Shown piece by piece: positions 28,983 through 37,512 of a DNA stretch of 64,000 bases (the first letter of the stretch is position 1; each line of letters opens with the position of its first letter). The notes below the pieces were generated by a model. That model did not search any database. It was not told the DNA's origin and saw only the letters and a list, made by a program, of their open reading frames with translations. Origin of the DNA: an uncultured Clostridia bacterium (GTDB taxonomy: Bacteria; Bacillota; Clostridia; Christensenellales; UBA1242); the NCBI GenBank assembly GCA_944383315.1, contig CALWPB010000003.1, positions 294-64,293 on the forward strand, written 5' to 3'. The position numbers were made by a program, and so were the translations under genes.

Positions 28983-29198
28983 ATGTATAGTTACACACTT
29001 GCCCCGCCCCCTTCAAACTGTCTGGGGGGGGGGGACTTTTTAGCCTATAAAAAACTTGTTTCAAGTTTTTTCTCCCCACATACAAAACATACCAAAACAC
29101 AAAATAACAGTATAAATACTCAGCCGATTTCCCAAACCGGCTTTTTTGCGTTAATTCAAAATTACGAGCAGAATGCTCGTTTGGGGGTGATATTATGA
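28983..29198 (+). CDS. Upstream leader ORF (71 aa) traversing the C-run/G11 hairpin and ending in ATGA overlap with paralog 2
   Basis: ORF track. AAGGGG SD 9 nt upstream. The stop TGA shares bases with the main ATG at 29195. Confidence 0.3.
   Translation: MYSYTLAPPPSNCLGGGDFLAYKKLVSSFFSPHTKHTKTQNNSINTQPISQTGFFALIQNYEQNARLGVIL
29024..29034 (+). repeat. G11 homopolymer tract
   Basis: Counted directly. Complementary to C4GC5 at 29002-29011, and followed by ACTTTTT. Confidence 0.95.
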
Positions 29199-31123
29199 GA
29201 GTTACCCCAAAAGCAAGATTAATAAGTATCATAGTCGCCTTAGTTTTTATGGCAAGCGCCATAATCGGCAGCGGTACATACCTAATTATTAACCATTTAA
29301 ACAACGCAAATGCTACTACTTCCACAAGTTACATAATACAAGACAACTTGTATAATACTGATGGAACGTTAAACAATCAAGCAGTATATGATTTTTTAGA
29401 CGCAATAGGTTATATTGACAATCCAAATGACACAAACACATACAAAGCAAATCAAATACTATCACGCAATAATAGTAGTAGTTATGCAGGTGATAAAACT
29501 ATTGTATTTAAAATGGGGTATTATGTAAGCCCTAGTGGTGCGATGGATACGGACAAGCCTATTGTATGGCAAGCGACATATTTACGTAACGGTTACCTAA
29601 CAATATGGATGGCAAACAGTTATACAAGCGATTATTTCAACAATGGTACAAGTTCGTATAGCGATTGGAAAACAAGTTCAACAAGTTATTCTCAAACAGG
29701 TAACTATTCAAACTCACTGATACGAGAAGTAACAAATAATATATACGGTGCTTTAAATACGAGTTTGAATAGTTTAAGTAGTTTTATTGTATCTCCGTAT
29801 GAAGCAAGTGCAACGTGGCAAGCAACACAAGCAAATGCTTTTTACGATAATACGAGTTACTGGTCTATAACAAACGGTATGGAAACAAACTCTAATAGTG
29901 GAAGTGCAAGTTATCAAGACAAAAATGATTGTAATCCATATAGTTGGAGTTGGGATGATACCGTGTACAAAGATAAGTTTTGGTTACCTAGCCACGTAGA
30001 AATATTCAATACGCCAGAACAAAGTAGTGCGTACGATGACCGTGGTTTATGGGGGATAACATCCGCTAATGATAGGAAGGATACAAGTAGTTCTGCATTA
30101 GACGGTAAAAGTACAAGACAATGTTGCTGGCTGCGCTCCGGCGACTCTTACAAGAGCCTCGCTGCGATGCAAGTTTTCTCCTCGGGCTCCGCTCTTAACT
30201 CCTATGTGTACATTTCCTACGGCGTCCGTCCTGCCGCTCACATCTCTTTATCCTCGCTAGCCGATTTAGTGTCTTACACTATCACGGCTCAATCAAACAA
30301 TGCAAGTTATGGTACTATGTCGGGTGGTGGAATCGTTGTAAAAAATTCGTCTGTTACACTTCGTGCCACACCAAATTCAAATTATCAATTTTTACGTTGG
30401 GAATGTAATGGCGTTACTGTATCCACCGAAACAGAAATAACTTTCACTGCTACTCAAAGTGCTACATACATAGCGATTTTTGAATATGTACCTATTACTC
30501 TAAACATCACAGGTAATTCGGGCAGTTACACGAGTACGATTGATTATAATTCTAAAACGCAAAATGCAACCATTGTTATATATCCTGCTGTAAATGATTA
30601 TATCAACACAATTTGGCTAGACTCAAACTCCCCGCAAATAGTGGACCGCTGGAACGATTACGTTTATCAGGATAGTGCGGCTTTTCAAGTTTCGTATAAG
30701 GTATCTGATTTTAGCAATACAATTGTAGTTAATATTGAATTGCTAAAAGGCGACATTACTATAAATATAAATCTTGCACATACACCACCGACACTACAAC
30801 AAGGCGGGGGCACAAATATTAGCGGGGTTGCGTTGCAGGTGAGTGCTAGCGGGGGCAGTACTGACCTAGCGGCAGTGGGCGAAGCCCGAATCACAGGGTA
30901 CAACCAAACAGAAGATTTATCAACAATACACGTAAGTGCGATGGCGTCTACGGGGTATGCTTTTGTAGGGTGGGAAGTTGACGGTGAAATAATCTCAACA
31001 CTACTTTCTACCGATATTCCTTATGAAGACGTAGAAGGCAAAATCATTGTAGCCGTATTCGAGCCTATCAATACAAACTCAAATAGTGTAACAGACAACA
31101 ATCAAACTAATGATTTTATATAA
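29195..31123 (+). CDS. Surface protein paralog 2 (N-terminal TM anchor, DUF6273-like domain with W-L-R-S...G-V-R-P-A, InlB B-type repeats)
   Basis: 642 aa intact ORF with a GGGGG SD. KARLISIIVALVFM anchor, FWLPS...CCWLRS...GVRPAAHISL, and C-terminal GYAFVGWEVDGE repeats. Confidence 0.85.
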   Translation: MRVTPKARLISIIVALVFMASAIIGSGTYLIINHLNNANATTSTSYIIQDNLYNTDGTLNNQAVYDFLDAIGYIDNPNDTNTYKANQILSRNNSSSYAGDKTIVFKMGYYVSPSGAMDTDKPIVWQATYLRNGYLTIWMANSYTSDYFNNGTSSYSDWKTSSTSYSQTGNYSNSLIREVTNNIYGALNTSLNSLSSFIVSPYEASATWQATQANAFYDNTSYWSITNGMETNSNSGSASYQDKNDCNPYSWSWDDTVYKDKFWLPSHVEIFNTPEQSSAYDDRGLWGITSANDRKDTSSSALDGKSTRQCCWLRSGDSYKSLAAMQVFSSGSALNSYVYISYGVRPAAHISLSSLADLVSYTITAQSNNASYGTMSGGGIVVKNSSVTLRATPNSNYQFLRWECNGVTVSTETEITFTATQSATYIAIFEYVPITLNITGNSGSYTSTIDYNSKTQNATIVIYPAVNDYINTIWLDSNSPQIVDRWNDYVYQDSAAFQVSYKVSDFSNTIVVNIELLKGDITININLAHTPPTLQQGGGTNISGVALQVSASGGSTDLAAVGEARITGYNQTEDLSTIHVSAMASTGYAFVGWEVDGEIISTLLSTDIPYEDVEGKIIVAVFEPINTNSNSVTDNNQTNDFI

Positions 31124-31349
31124 ACACTAATGATTTTATATAAACACTAATGATTGTACATAAACAAATACTAATGATATTATAAAAAACACGAATAATT
31201 TAAAATAAACAAATACAACTAATTTTATAAACAAATACTAATGGGCATATGTGAACAAACACAAATAATGTTAAATAAACAAACAAAAAATAATTGTATA
31301 AACAACTACAAATAATGTTACAAAAATAAACACAAATAATATTAAATAA
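31124..31349 (+). repeat. About ten degenerate tandem copies (20-28 nt) of the last codons plus stop of the preceding gene
   Basis: Units ACACTAATGATTTTATATAA, ACACTAATGATTGTACATAA, ACAAATACTAATGATATTATAAAAA and so on. Each starts ACA and ends TAA or TGA. The gene itself ends ...ACTAATGATTTTATATAA. Confidence 0.8.
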
Positions 31350-31604
31350 ACAAAATTTGAGTATTAGCAAATATTAGAAATTTAATTTAAAAACCTTGAA
31401 AATCTCTGCATTATTTAGTAAATGTACTAAAAAAGTACGGTTGATTTGCCTACTAGAAATGGGAAACCAACACAAAAAATTAATAAAATATGTGCATTTG
31501 CAAAAATATTTAGTATGCAACCATCATACAAATAACGCTATTTTGCAAATTTTGCGATATGATGGTCTATCGTTTACACAAAAACAGAGCACAATGTTAA
31601 GTTA

Positions 31605-31705
31605 TTTTGAAACTAGCAGAGTAAAAAGTAAGAAGGAACTCTATATAAAGTAAAGTTCCTTCTTATATTAGTTTCAAAACGACTAGACAAGTACTATGTT
31701 TTTTT
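31605..31705 (+). promoter_or_regulatory. Long two-tier hairpin followed by T7 (terminator or structured RNA) upstream of murA
   Basis: Outer stem 31605-31615 with 31669-31679 (11 bp). Inner stem 31629-31640 with 31654-31665 (12 bp). T7 at 31699-31705. Confidence 0.45.
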
Positions 31706-31811
31706 GTTATTTCAAAAGTGCAAGTCTTTACGAGTGATTTTAAGTTGTTGCAACAATTTGTTTAAATTGATTTTTATACACTCTCATAGTTTATTTCTCA
31801 TATTATATAGT

Positions 31812-33065
31812 ATGAGTAAATACATAATTAATGGCGGGTATAAATTAGATGGAAGTGTTATGGTCGAGTGCGCAAAAAATGCATACCTGCCTATTTTGGC
31901 GGCAACTATTCTTTGTGAAGAACAAGTGATTTTAAACCGTGCCCCTGAATTTGCAGACGTAAACAATATGTGTGTAATTCTTGAAAAACTCGGGCTAAAA
32001 GTAAAGCGACAGGGCGGGGCACTTGTAATAGACGGGGCGAATGCAACACCCCGTTTTGTGCCTGTGGATACCGCAAAACTGCTGCGTTCGTCTATTTTTA
32101 CACTCGGGGCAATGCTAGGTAGATTTCGCCGCGCTCGCGTTGCATACCCAGGGGGCTGTGATATAGGCTTGCGCCCGATTGATTTACACTTAAAGGGCTT
32201 GCGAGATTTGGGGGTAAAAATTACCGAGAGCCACGGGGTAATTAACTGCGATGCAACCGAGTTGCACGGGGGAACGATTGCGCTTGATTTCGCAAGTGTT
32301 GGGGCAACTGAAAATTTAATACTCGCGTCAGTGTTGGGTAAAGATAGAACGGTGATAATAAATTGCGCTCGCGAGCCTGAAATTGTAGATTTGTGCAATT
32401 TTCTAAACAAAATGGGTGCGCGTATTTACGGGGCAGGCACGGGACGTATTGAAATAGAAGGGGTGGCACGGCTAAATGGTACTGAATATACCCCGATAGG
32501 CGACCGCATTATAGCGGGTACATATTTAATTGCAGGGGCGCTTACGCACGGAAAAATCGAGGTAAGCGGCTGTAATTCTATATTTTTTGCAAGTTTAATA
32601 GACAAATTGCGCTATTCTGGTTGCTTTTTGAGAGCAAAAGGTGATAAAATTTACTTAAAGAGTCCCAAAACTCTCAAAAGCGTAGGACTGATTGAAACGC
32701 AAGTTTATCCTGGGTTTCCTACTGACCTGCAAGCACAACTCTTGACTCTTCAAACAGTGAGCAAAGGGTGTTGTGTCGTACACGAAAATATTTTTGAATC
32801 GCGTTTTAAATTTGTGCCCGAACTCATTAAAATGGGGGCAAATGTAAAGGTGCGCGACTGTACGGCAGTGGTCGAAGGAGTAGCAGACCTTAGCGGCGCC
32901 GAAGTCTATGCAAAGGACTTGCGCGGGGGAGCAAGCCTAGTGCTTGCGGGGTTGCGAGCAAAAGGGTACACGACAGTGAACGATATTTACCACATTGAGC
33001 GCGGATATTGCAACCTCGATAAACGTTTAATAGAGTTGGGGGCACAAATTAGACGAGAAGAATAG
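31812..33065 (+). CDS. murA: UDP-N-acetylglucosamine 1-carboxyvinyltransferase
   Basis: MSKYIINGG..., YPGGCDIGLRPIDLH active-site region. Start taken at the internal ATG 31812. Confidence 0.93.
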   Translation: MSKYIINGGYKLDGSVMVECAKNAYLPILAATILCEEQVILNRAPEFADVNNMCVILEKLGLKVKRQGGALVIDGANATPRFVPVDTAKLLRSSIFTLGAMLGRFRRARVAYPGGCDIGLRPIDLHLKGLRDLGVKITESHGVINCDATELHGGTIALDFASVGATENLILASVLGKDRTVIINCAREPEIVDLCNFLNKMGARIYGAGTGRIEIEGVARLNGTEYTPIGDRIIAGTYLIAGALTHGKIEVSGCNSIFFASLIDKLRYSGCFLRAKGDKIYLKSPKTLKSVGLIETQVYPGFPTDLQAQLLTLQTVSKGCCVVHENIFESRFKFVPELIKMGANVKVRDCTAVVEGVADLSGAEVYAKDLRGGASLVLAGLRAKGYTTVNDIYHIERGYCNLDKRLIELGAQIRREE

Positions 33066-33075
33066 GGGGTGTACT

Positions 33076-33837
33076 GTGAGAAAAAACACGAAAATCGCGA
33101 TTGCTGTCATCGTGCTTGCTGTGTTGACACTAATTATCGTGCTTGCAAGTACTGTATTTGCGGTGGGCTCAGTACGCCTTATTTGGTACAATACCCCAAA
33201 TGGTACACTTGCAAGCCTTACTAATGAAAATATTTTGAAATCAAGCGGAGTACAGGGCAACAGTGTTTTCTTGCTTGATAGGGACAAGGCTATAGAAAAC
33301 ATAGAAAAAGAATATCCGCGCCTTCGTGTAATAGATATTGAGATTTGTTGGCCAAATATAATGAACGTGCACGCGATTGAACGTCAGGAAGTGTATGCAG
33401 TACGAATTGGCGATAAATACGCAATAACTGATGAATATCTCAAAATACTCGATATTGTACCGACCTACACAAGCACAAATATCAATCCTGTTGTATTAGA
33501 AATACCAGATTTAGACGATAATTACCAAAAGGGCGATACAATAGAACACGAGTATTTTGAAACGTTTGTAGGCGTGTATAATGGCTTTATCGCAATGGGG
33601 CGCGATTTAACCGATATGCGCGCACTGTGTGCTAGTATGAGTTATACAAACGCACACTTGACTATTACTACTCATTTTGGTGTAACTATAATACTTGACA
33701 ACCCCACGCAGAATACGCAAGAGAAAATGAGTTTTGCAATAGGTGTATTTGATAAACTCGGCACCGAAGACTACGGACACGGCACTATTGAAGTATTTTT
33801 AAATTCAAAAAACAAACCAGAAGGCAGATACTATTAG
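33076..33837 (+). CDS. ftsQ: Cell division protein FtsQ/DivIB (TM plus POTRA)
   Basis: GTG start after a GGGGG SD, N-terminal TM segment, POTRA-like ...ILKSSGVQGNSVFLLDRDKAIENIEKEYPRLRVIDIE. Confidence 0.75.
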   Translation: MRKNTKIAIAVIVLAVLTLIIVLASTVFAVGSVRLIWYNTPNGTLASLTNENILKSSGVQGNSVFLLDRDKAIENIEKEYPRLRVIDIEICWPNIMNVHAIERQEVYAVRIGDKYAITDEYLKILDIVPTYTSTNINPVVLEIPDLDDNYQKGDTIEHEYFETFVGVYNGFIAMGRDLTDMRALCASMSYTNAHLTITTHFGVTIILDNPTQNTQEKMSFAIGVFDKLGTEDYGHGTIEVFLNSKNKPEGRYY

Positions 33838-33956
33838 ATTTTTAAGTTTGTAGGCGCACCTCCTATAGAAATAATAATGCAAAAATCTACATAGATTATT
33901 TTTATTGCCCTGTGTGGGCTTCACACTTAAAAATTCTTTTTTAAGTCAAAATTAAC

Positions 33957-33985
33957 TTGAAATTTTTATTTGTTTATGTTATACT
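33957..33985 (+). promoter_or_regulatory. Promoter of secG (TTGAAA-17-TGtTATACT)
   Basis: -35 at 33957-33962 and -10 at 33980-33985. Confidence 0.55.
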
Positions 33986-34021
33986 CTCTACTACATTAAT
34001 TTTGTATATTTGGAGGACACG

Positions 34022-34330
34022 ATGAATTTAGTAAGTATGTTGGGGGCGGGTTTGCCTGAATGGATATCAGTATCGTTCCCGATTATCAAATACATTCTCT
34101 TGGGTTATATCGCGCTTGCCGCTATTGCTATTATTGTGCTAGTATTATTGCAACCTAGCAATAGTCAAGGCGGTATAAACGGTATTACAGGGAGCAATGT
34201 TGAGACATATTACGCTCACAACAAAGGCGAAACACGCGAAGGGCGTATGAAGAAAGCAACAATGTGGCTTGCCATTTCTGTCGCTATCGCTACCGTTTTG
34301 TTCTTTGTTTTGTCGCTCGTAGTTGCATAA
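34022..34330 (+). CDS. secG: Preprotein translocase subunit SecG
   Basis: Two TM segments flank LLQPSNSQGGINGITG. GGAGG SD. Conserved secG-rnr-smpB-ssrA order. Confidence 0.85.
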   Translation: MNLVSMLGAGLPEWISVSFPIIKYILLGYIALAAIAIIVLVLLQPSNSQGGINGITGSNVETYYAHNKGETREGRMKKATMWLAISVAIATVLFFVLSLVVA

Positions 34331-34391
34331 ACAAAACAAATTTTTTAGGGGGGATAGTAGCCCCTCTTTATTTTTAAAAAAGGATAACACA

Positions 34392-36515
34392 ATGCAAGAA
34401 GACTTAAACATACAGGTTTTGGATTTTATTCAACAACATCAACTCAATTTTCGCACACGTACGGAATTAGCCCGTAATTTGAGCGAAGGACTCGGGCTTG
34501 ATTTTACAGACGCATATACAATTATTGGTAAAATGATTGAAGACGGCGATTTAATCATCGAAGGCAAGGATAAATTGGCGACACCTGAGGCTTTGGGCTT
34601 GCGTAAAGGGGTATTAATAGGAAATGCGCGTGGCTTTGCATTTTGTAAATTTACTGATGCGCAGGCAGGGGAAACACCTGATGTATTTATTCCGCCAACT
34701 GCTCTAAAAACAGCACTGCACAATGATACAGTGCTGGTAAAAGTGCGTAAAAATGGCGACAAAACGGAAGGTGCGGTCGTAAAAGTGGTAGCACGCAGCA
34801 GCGGAAATATCGTAGGTACACTTGATATTGTGAATGACCATCTCGCTTTTGTAAAGCCTGATGATACCCGATATTTCAAGGATATTGTTGTCCGCAATCA
34901 CAAGAAATTTAAGGTACACGAAGGCGACAAAGTTGTGTGCCGTATTACCAAATACGCGAGCGGGGATAAGAACCCTCAAGGCAATCTTCTTGAAGTATTA
35001 GGGCTTAATGGCGATCCCAAGATTGAAATGCTCGCAATTATTCGCGAAAATAATCTTTACGAAGAGTTTGAGCCCGAAGTACTGGCAGAAGCCCGCACGT
35101 TGCCACAGTCTGTTGCACCTGAGGCAATGCGCGGTAGACGTGATTTTACGCTTGAAAAAATTGTTACAATAGACAGTGAAGACACCCGCGACATTGACGA
35201 TGCTGTACAAGTTACTGAGCACCCAAACGGACATTTTACACTTGGCGTGCATATTGCTGATGTTAGCCATTATGTAAAGCAAAATAGCCCATTAGACAAG
35301 GAAGCATACCGCAGGGGCACAAGTGTGTATTTCCCAGACCTTGTGTATCCTATGCTTCCACGCGAGTTGAGTAATGGCATTTGTTCTCTTAACCCAAAGG
35401 TCAACCGCCTTACATTGTCTGTAATTATGCAGATTGATGCCGAAGGTAATACTTATGACTACGAAATTTGCGAAGGTGTTATTTGTTCGCGCGAAAAAAT
35501 GACGTATACCGATGTTTTCGCAATTTTTAATGATGACCCAGCGACTTGTGCAAAGTATAGCGATTTAGTGCCCGAATTCAAGGCAATGCAGAAATTACAC
35601 CGTATACTCTACGCAAAACGTCAAAAACGCGGCTCGCTTGACTTTGATTTGCCCGAATGTGAATTTGAAATGGACTCGGCAGGGCACGTGCTTGACGTAA
35701 AATTGCACGAGCGCAACGAAGCACACTTAATGATTGAGTCCTTTATGCTTGAAGCAAATGAGACTGTTGCTCTTGCGTGCGATAAGGAGAAAATTCCTTT
35801 CCTTTTCCGTGTGCACGAGCAACCAGACGGACAGAAAATGTTTGATTTCTTCCAGTTTGCAGGACAATTTGGGTTAAAAGTTGCTAATAACCCTGAGAAA
35901 GTAACTCCAAAGGACTTGCAACGACTTCTTAAAACTGTTGAAGGTCAGCCCTATGAAATGCTTATAAATTCGGTAATGCTCCGCAGTTTGCAAAAGGCAC
36001 GATATGCCCCCAAAAATCTAGGACACTTCGGTATTGCAGCGACAAATTATTGTCATTTTACTTCACCAATTAGACGTTATCCCGACTTACTCATTCACCG
36101 AATTATCAAGAAAATGTACTTGCGCAACAAGGACAAGAAAGAAATCGAATTTTACAAAGAATTTGTTGAAGAAGCGGCTATACTTACAAGTGAGCGCGAA
36201 AAACTCGCCGAAACCGCCGAGCGCGAGGTCGAGGACCTTAAAAAAGCCGACTATATGCAAAATCACGTCGGCGAGATTTACGAAGGAACAGTTACAGGCA
36301 CAACGAATTTCGGTGTGTTTGTAGGTTTGCCAAATACTGTCGAAGGAATGTGTTCGCTTGAAAACTTGCCAACAGATAACTATGTGTTTATTGAGAAATT
36401 GTACAAACTTGCAGGCTCCAAACACGAGTATCAACTCGGGCAAAAAGTGCGAGTACAAGTCGAGAGTGTAAACCTTCGTCGTAGGCAAATTAACTTTAAA
36501 ATGCTTGAAAATTAG
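34392..36515 (+). CDS. rnr: Ribonuclease R
   Basis: RNB motif DSEDTRDIDDAV and a C-terminal S1 domain. Confidence 0.93.
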   Translation: MQEDLNIQVLDFIQQHQLNFRTRTELARNLSEGLGLDFTDAYTIIGKMIEDGDLIIEGKDKLATPEALGLRKGVLIGNARGFAFCKFTDAQAGETPDVFIPPTALKTALHNDTVLVKVRKNGDKTEGAVVKVVARSSGNIVGTLDIVNDHLAFVKPDDTRYFKDIVVRNHKKFKVHEGDKVVCRITKYASGDKNPQGNLLEVLGLNGDPKIEMLAIIRENNLYEEFEPEVLAEARTLPQSVAPEAMRGRRDFTLEKIVTIDSEDTRDIDDAVQVTEHPNGHFTLGVHIADVSHYVKQNSPLDKEAYRRGTSVYFPDLVYPMLPRELSNGICSLNPKVNRLTLSVIMQIDAEGNTYDYEICEGVICSREKMTYTDVFAIFNDDPATCAKYSDLVPEFKAMQKLHRILYAKRQKRGSLDFDLPECEFEMDSAGHVLDVKLHERNEAHLMIESFMLEANETVALACDKEKIPFLFRVHEQPDGQKMFDFFQFAGQFGLKVANNPEKVTPKDLQRLLKTVEGQPYEMLINSVMLRSLQKARYAPKNLGHFGIAATNYCHFTSPIRRYPDLLIHRIIKKMYLRNKDKKEIEFYKEFVEEAAILTSEREKLAETAEREVEDLKKADYMQNHVGEIYEGTVTGTTNFGVFVGLPNTVEGMCSLENLPTDNYVFIEKLYKLAGSKHEYQLGQKVRVQVESVNLRRRQINFKMLEN

Positions 36516-36576
36516 TGTTTTTTAAGCGTTTTTTTGCGATTTAGCCAAATTTTGAAGCATTTTTTAATAAAAGGTA

Positions 36577-36604
36577 TTGAAAAAATTTTATTTTGTGGTA
36601 TAAT
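36577..36604 (+). promoter_or_regulatory. Promoter of smpB (TTGAAA-16-TGgTATAAT)
   Basis: Read directly from the sequence. Confidence 0.5.
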
Positions 36605-36618
36605 AGGAGACGTAAGGA

Positions 36619-37065
36619 ATGAAGGTAATTGCTACCAATAAACGAGTGCATTTCGAATATTTTGTACTAACTACCTTTACAGCGGGCATAAGTTTACAAG
36701 GTTGCGAGGTCAAATCCGTTCGCGCAGGACACGTCAGTATCAACGAAGCGTTTGTTTCTGTAAAGAACGGTGAAGCGTTTGTGCTCAATATGTATATCAA
36801 AAGTTATGAACACGCTGGGCACTTTGTTCCTGACGAGCGCCGAACGCGGAAACTGCTACTTAACAAGTCTGAAATTTTGGAACTCGGCAAGGCAGTAGAG
36901 CAGAAAGGGCTAACTGTTGTGCCCACAAAAGTTTTTTTCGAAGGCTCGCTCGTTAAGCTCGAAATAGCGGTTTGTCGTGGTAAGAAACTTTACGACAAGC
37001 GAGAGAGTATCAAGCAGCGCGACATTAACCGTGATATAGAGCGAGAAATGAAAGCGGCAAAGTAA
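36619..37065 (+). CDS. smpB: SsrA-binding protein
   Basis: NKRVHFEYFV...GCEVKSVR. Confidence 0.95.
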   Translation: MKVIATNKRVHFEYFVLTTFTAGISLQGCEVKSVRAGHVSINEAFVSVKNGEAFVLNMYIKSYEHAGHFVPDERRTRKLLLNKSEILELGKAVEQKGLTVVPTKVFFEGSLVKLEIAVCRGKKLYDKRESIKQRDINRDIEREMKAAK

Positions 37066-37082
37066 GACCGCTAACTGCTTAC

Positions 37083-37476
37083 GGGAGCGCACCGGCTTTG
37101 ACAGGTGATGGCTTACTCCGTTTTGCATACCGCCGGCTCGTCGGCGTCATCAACGGAAATTAAATTTAAATGCTGAAACTAAATCAGTTAAGGCTATGCC
37201 TACCGTTAACTACGGTGTAGCAGCATACGCCTAATCGTCTAAACATTTTAGACAGTCTGTAATGGGGGCTTTGGCAAGTAACCGCTATTAACAGGCTTCA
37301 ACCCAAACTTGCTACGCCCGAGTATCGTTCGCTGGCTCGGAGTTAAAAATAGCGAAATCGTCAGTATTATGTTTGTTTGTTTACGTAGTAATGATTAAAT
37401 ATTAAACAAACTAAGTATGTAGAGAATGGAATTAAGGCGCATCTGGACGTGGGTTCGATTCCCATCGCTTCCACCA
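37083..37476 (+). ncRNA. ssrA: tmRNA (transfer-messenger RNA)
   Basis: The 5' GGGAGCG pairs with the 3' CGCTTCC-ACCA, including G3:U. GGCTTTGACAGG follows the 5' end. T-arm GGGTTCGATTCCC. Internal tag frame 37172-37234. Located immediately after smpB. Confidence 0.9.
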
Positions 37477-37512
37477 GTGTGCAAAAAAAATTTAAATAGG
37501 AGCAAATGAAAA

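Noticed and set aside
31124-31349. Possible CRISPR array
   Set aside because: The units are contiguous, 20-28 nt and degenerate, with no unique spacers. There are no cas genes in the window.
31396-31653. 85-aa ORF in the murA upstream region. The overlapping ORF pair at 13482-13704 is treated the same way.
   Set aside because: They have TTG or weak starts, no SD and junk-like composition. They sit in regions dominated by hairpins and terminators.
31691-31698. An additional copy of the palindromic repeat (GTACTATG)
   Set aside because: Only 8 nt match, which is within chance expectation for this window size.
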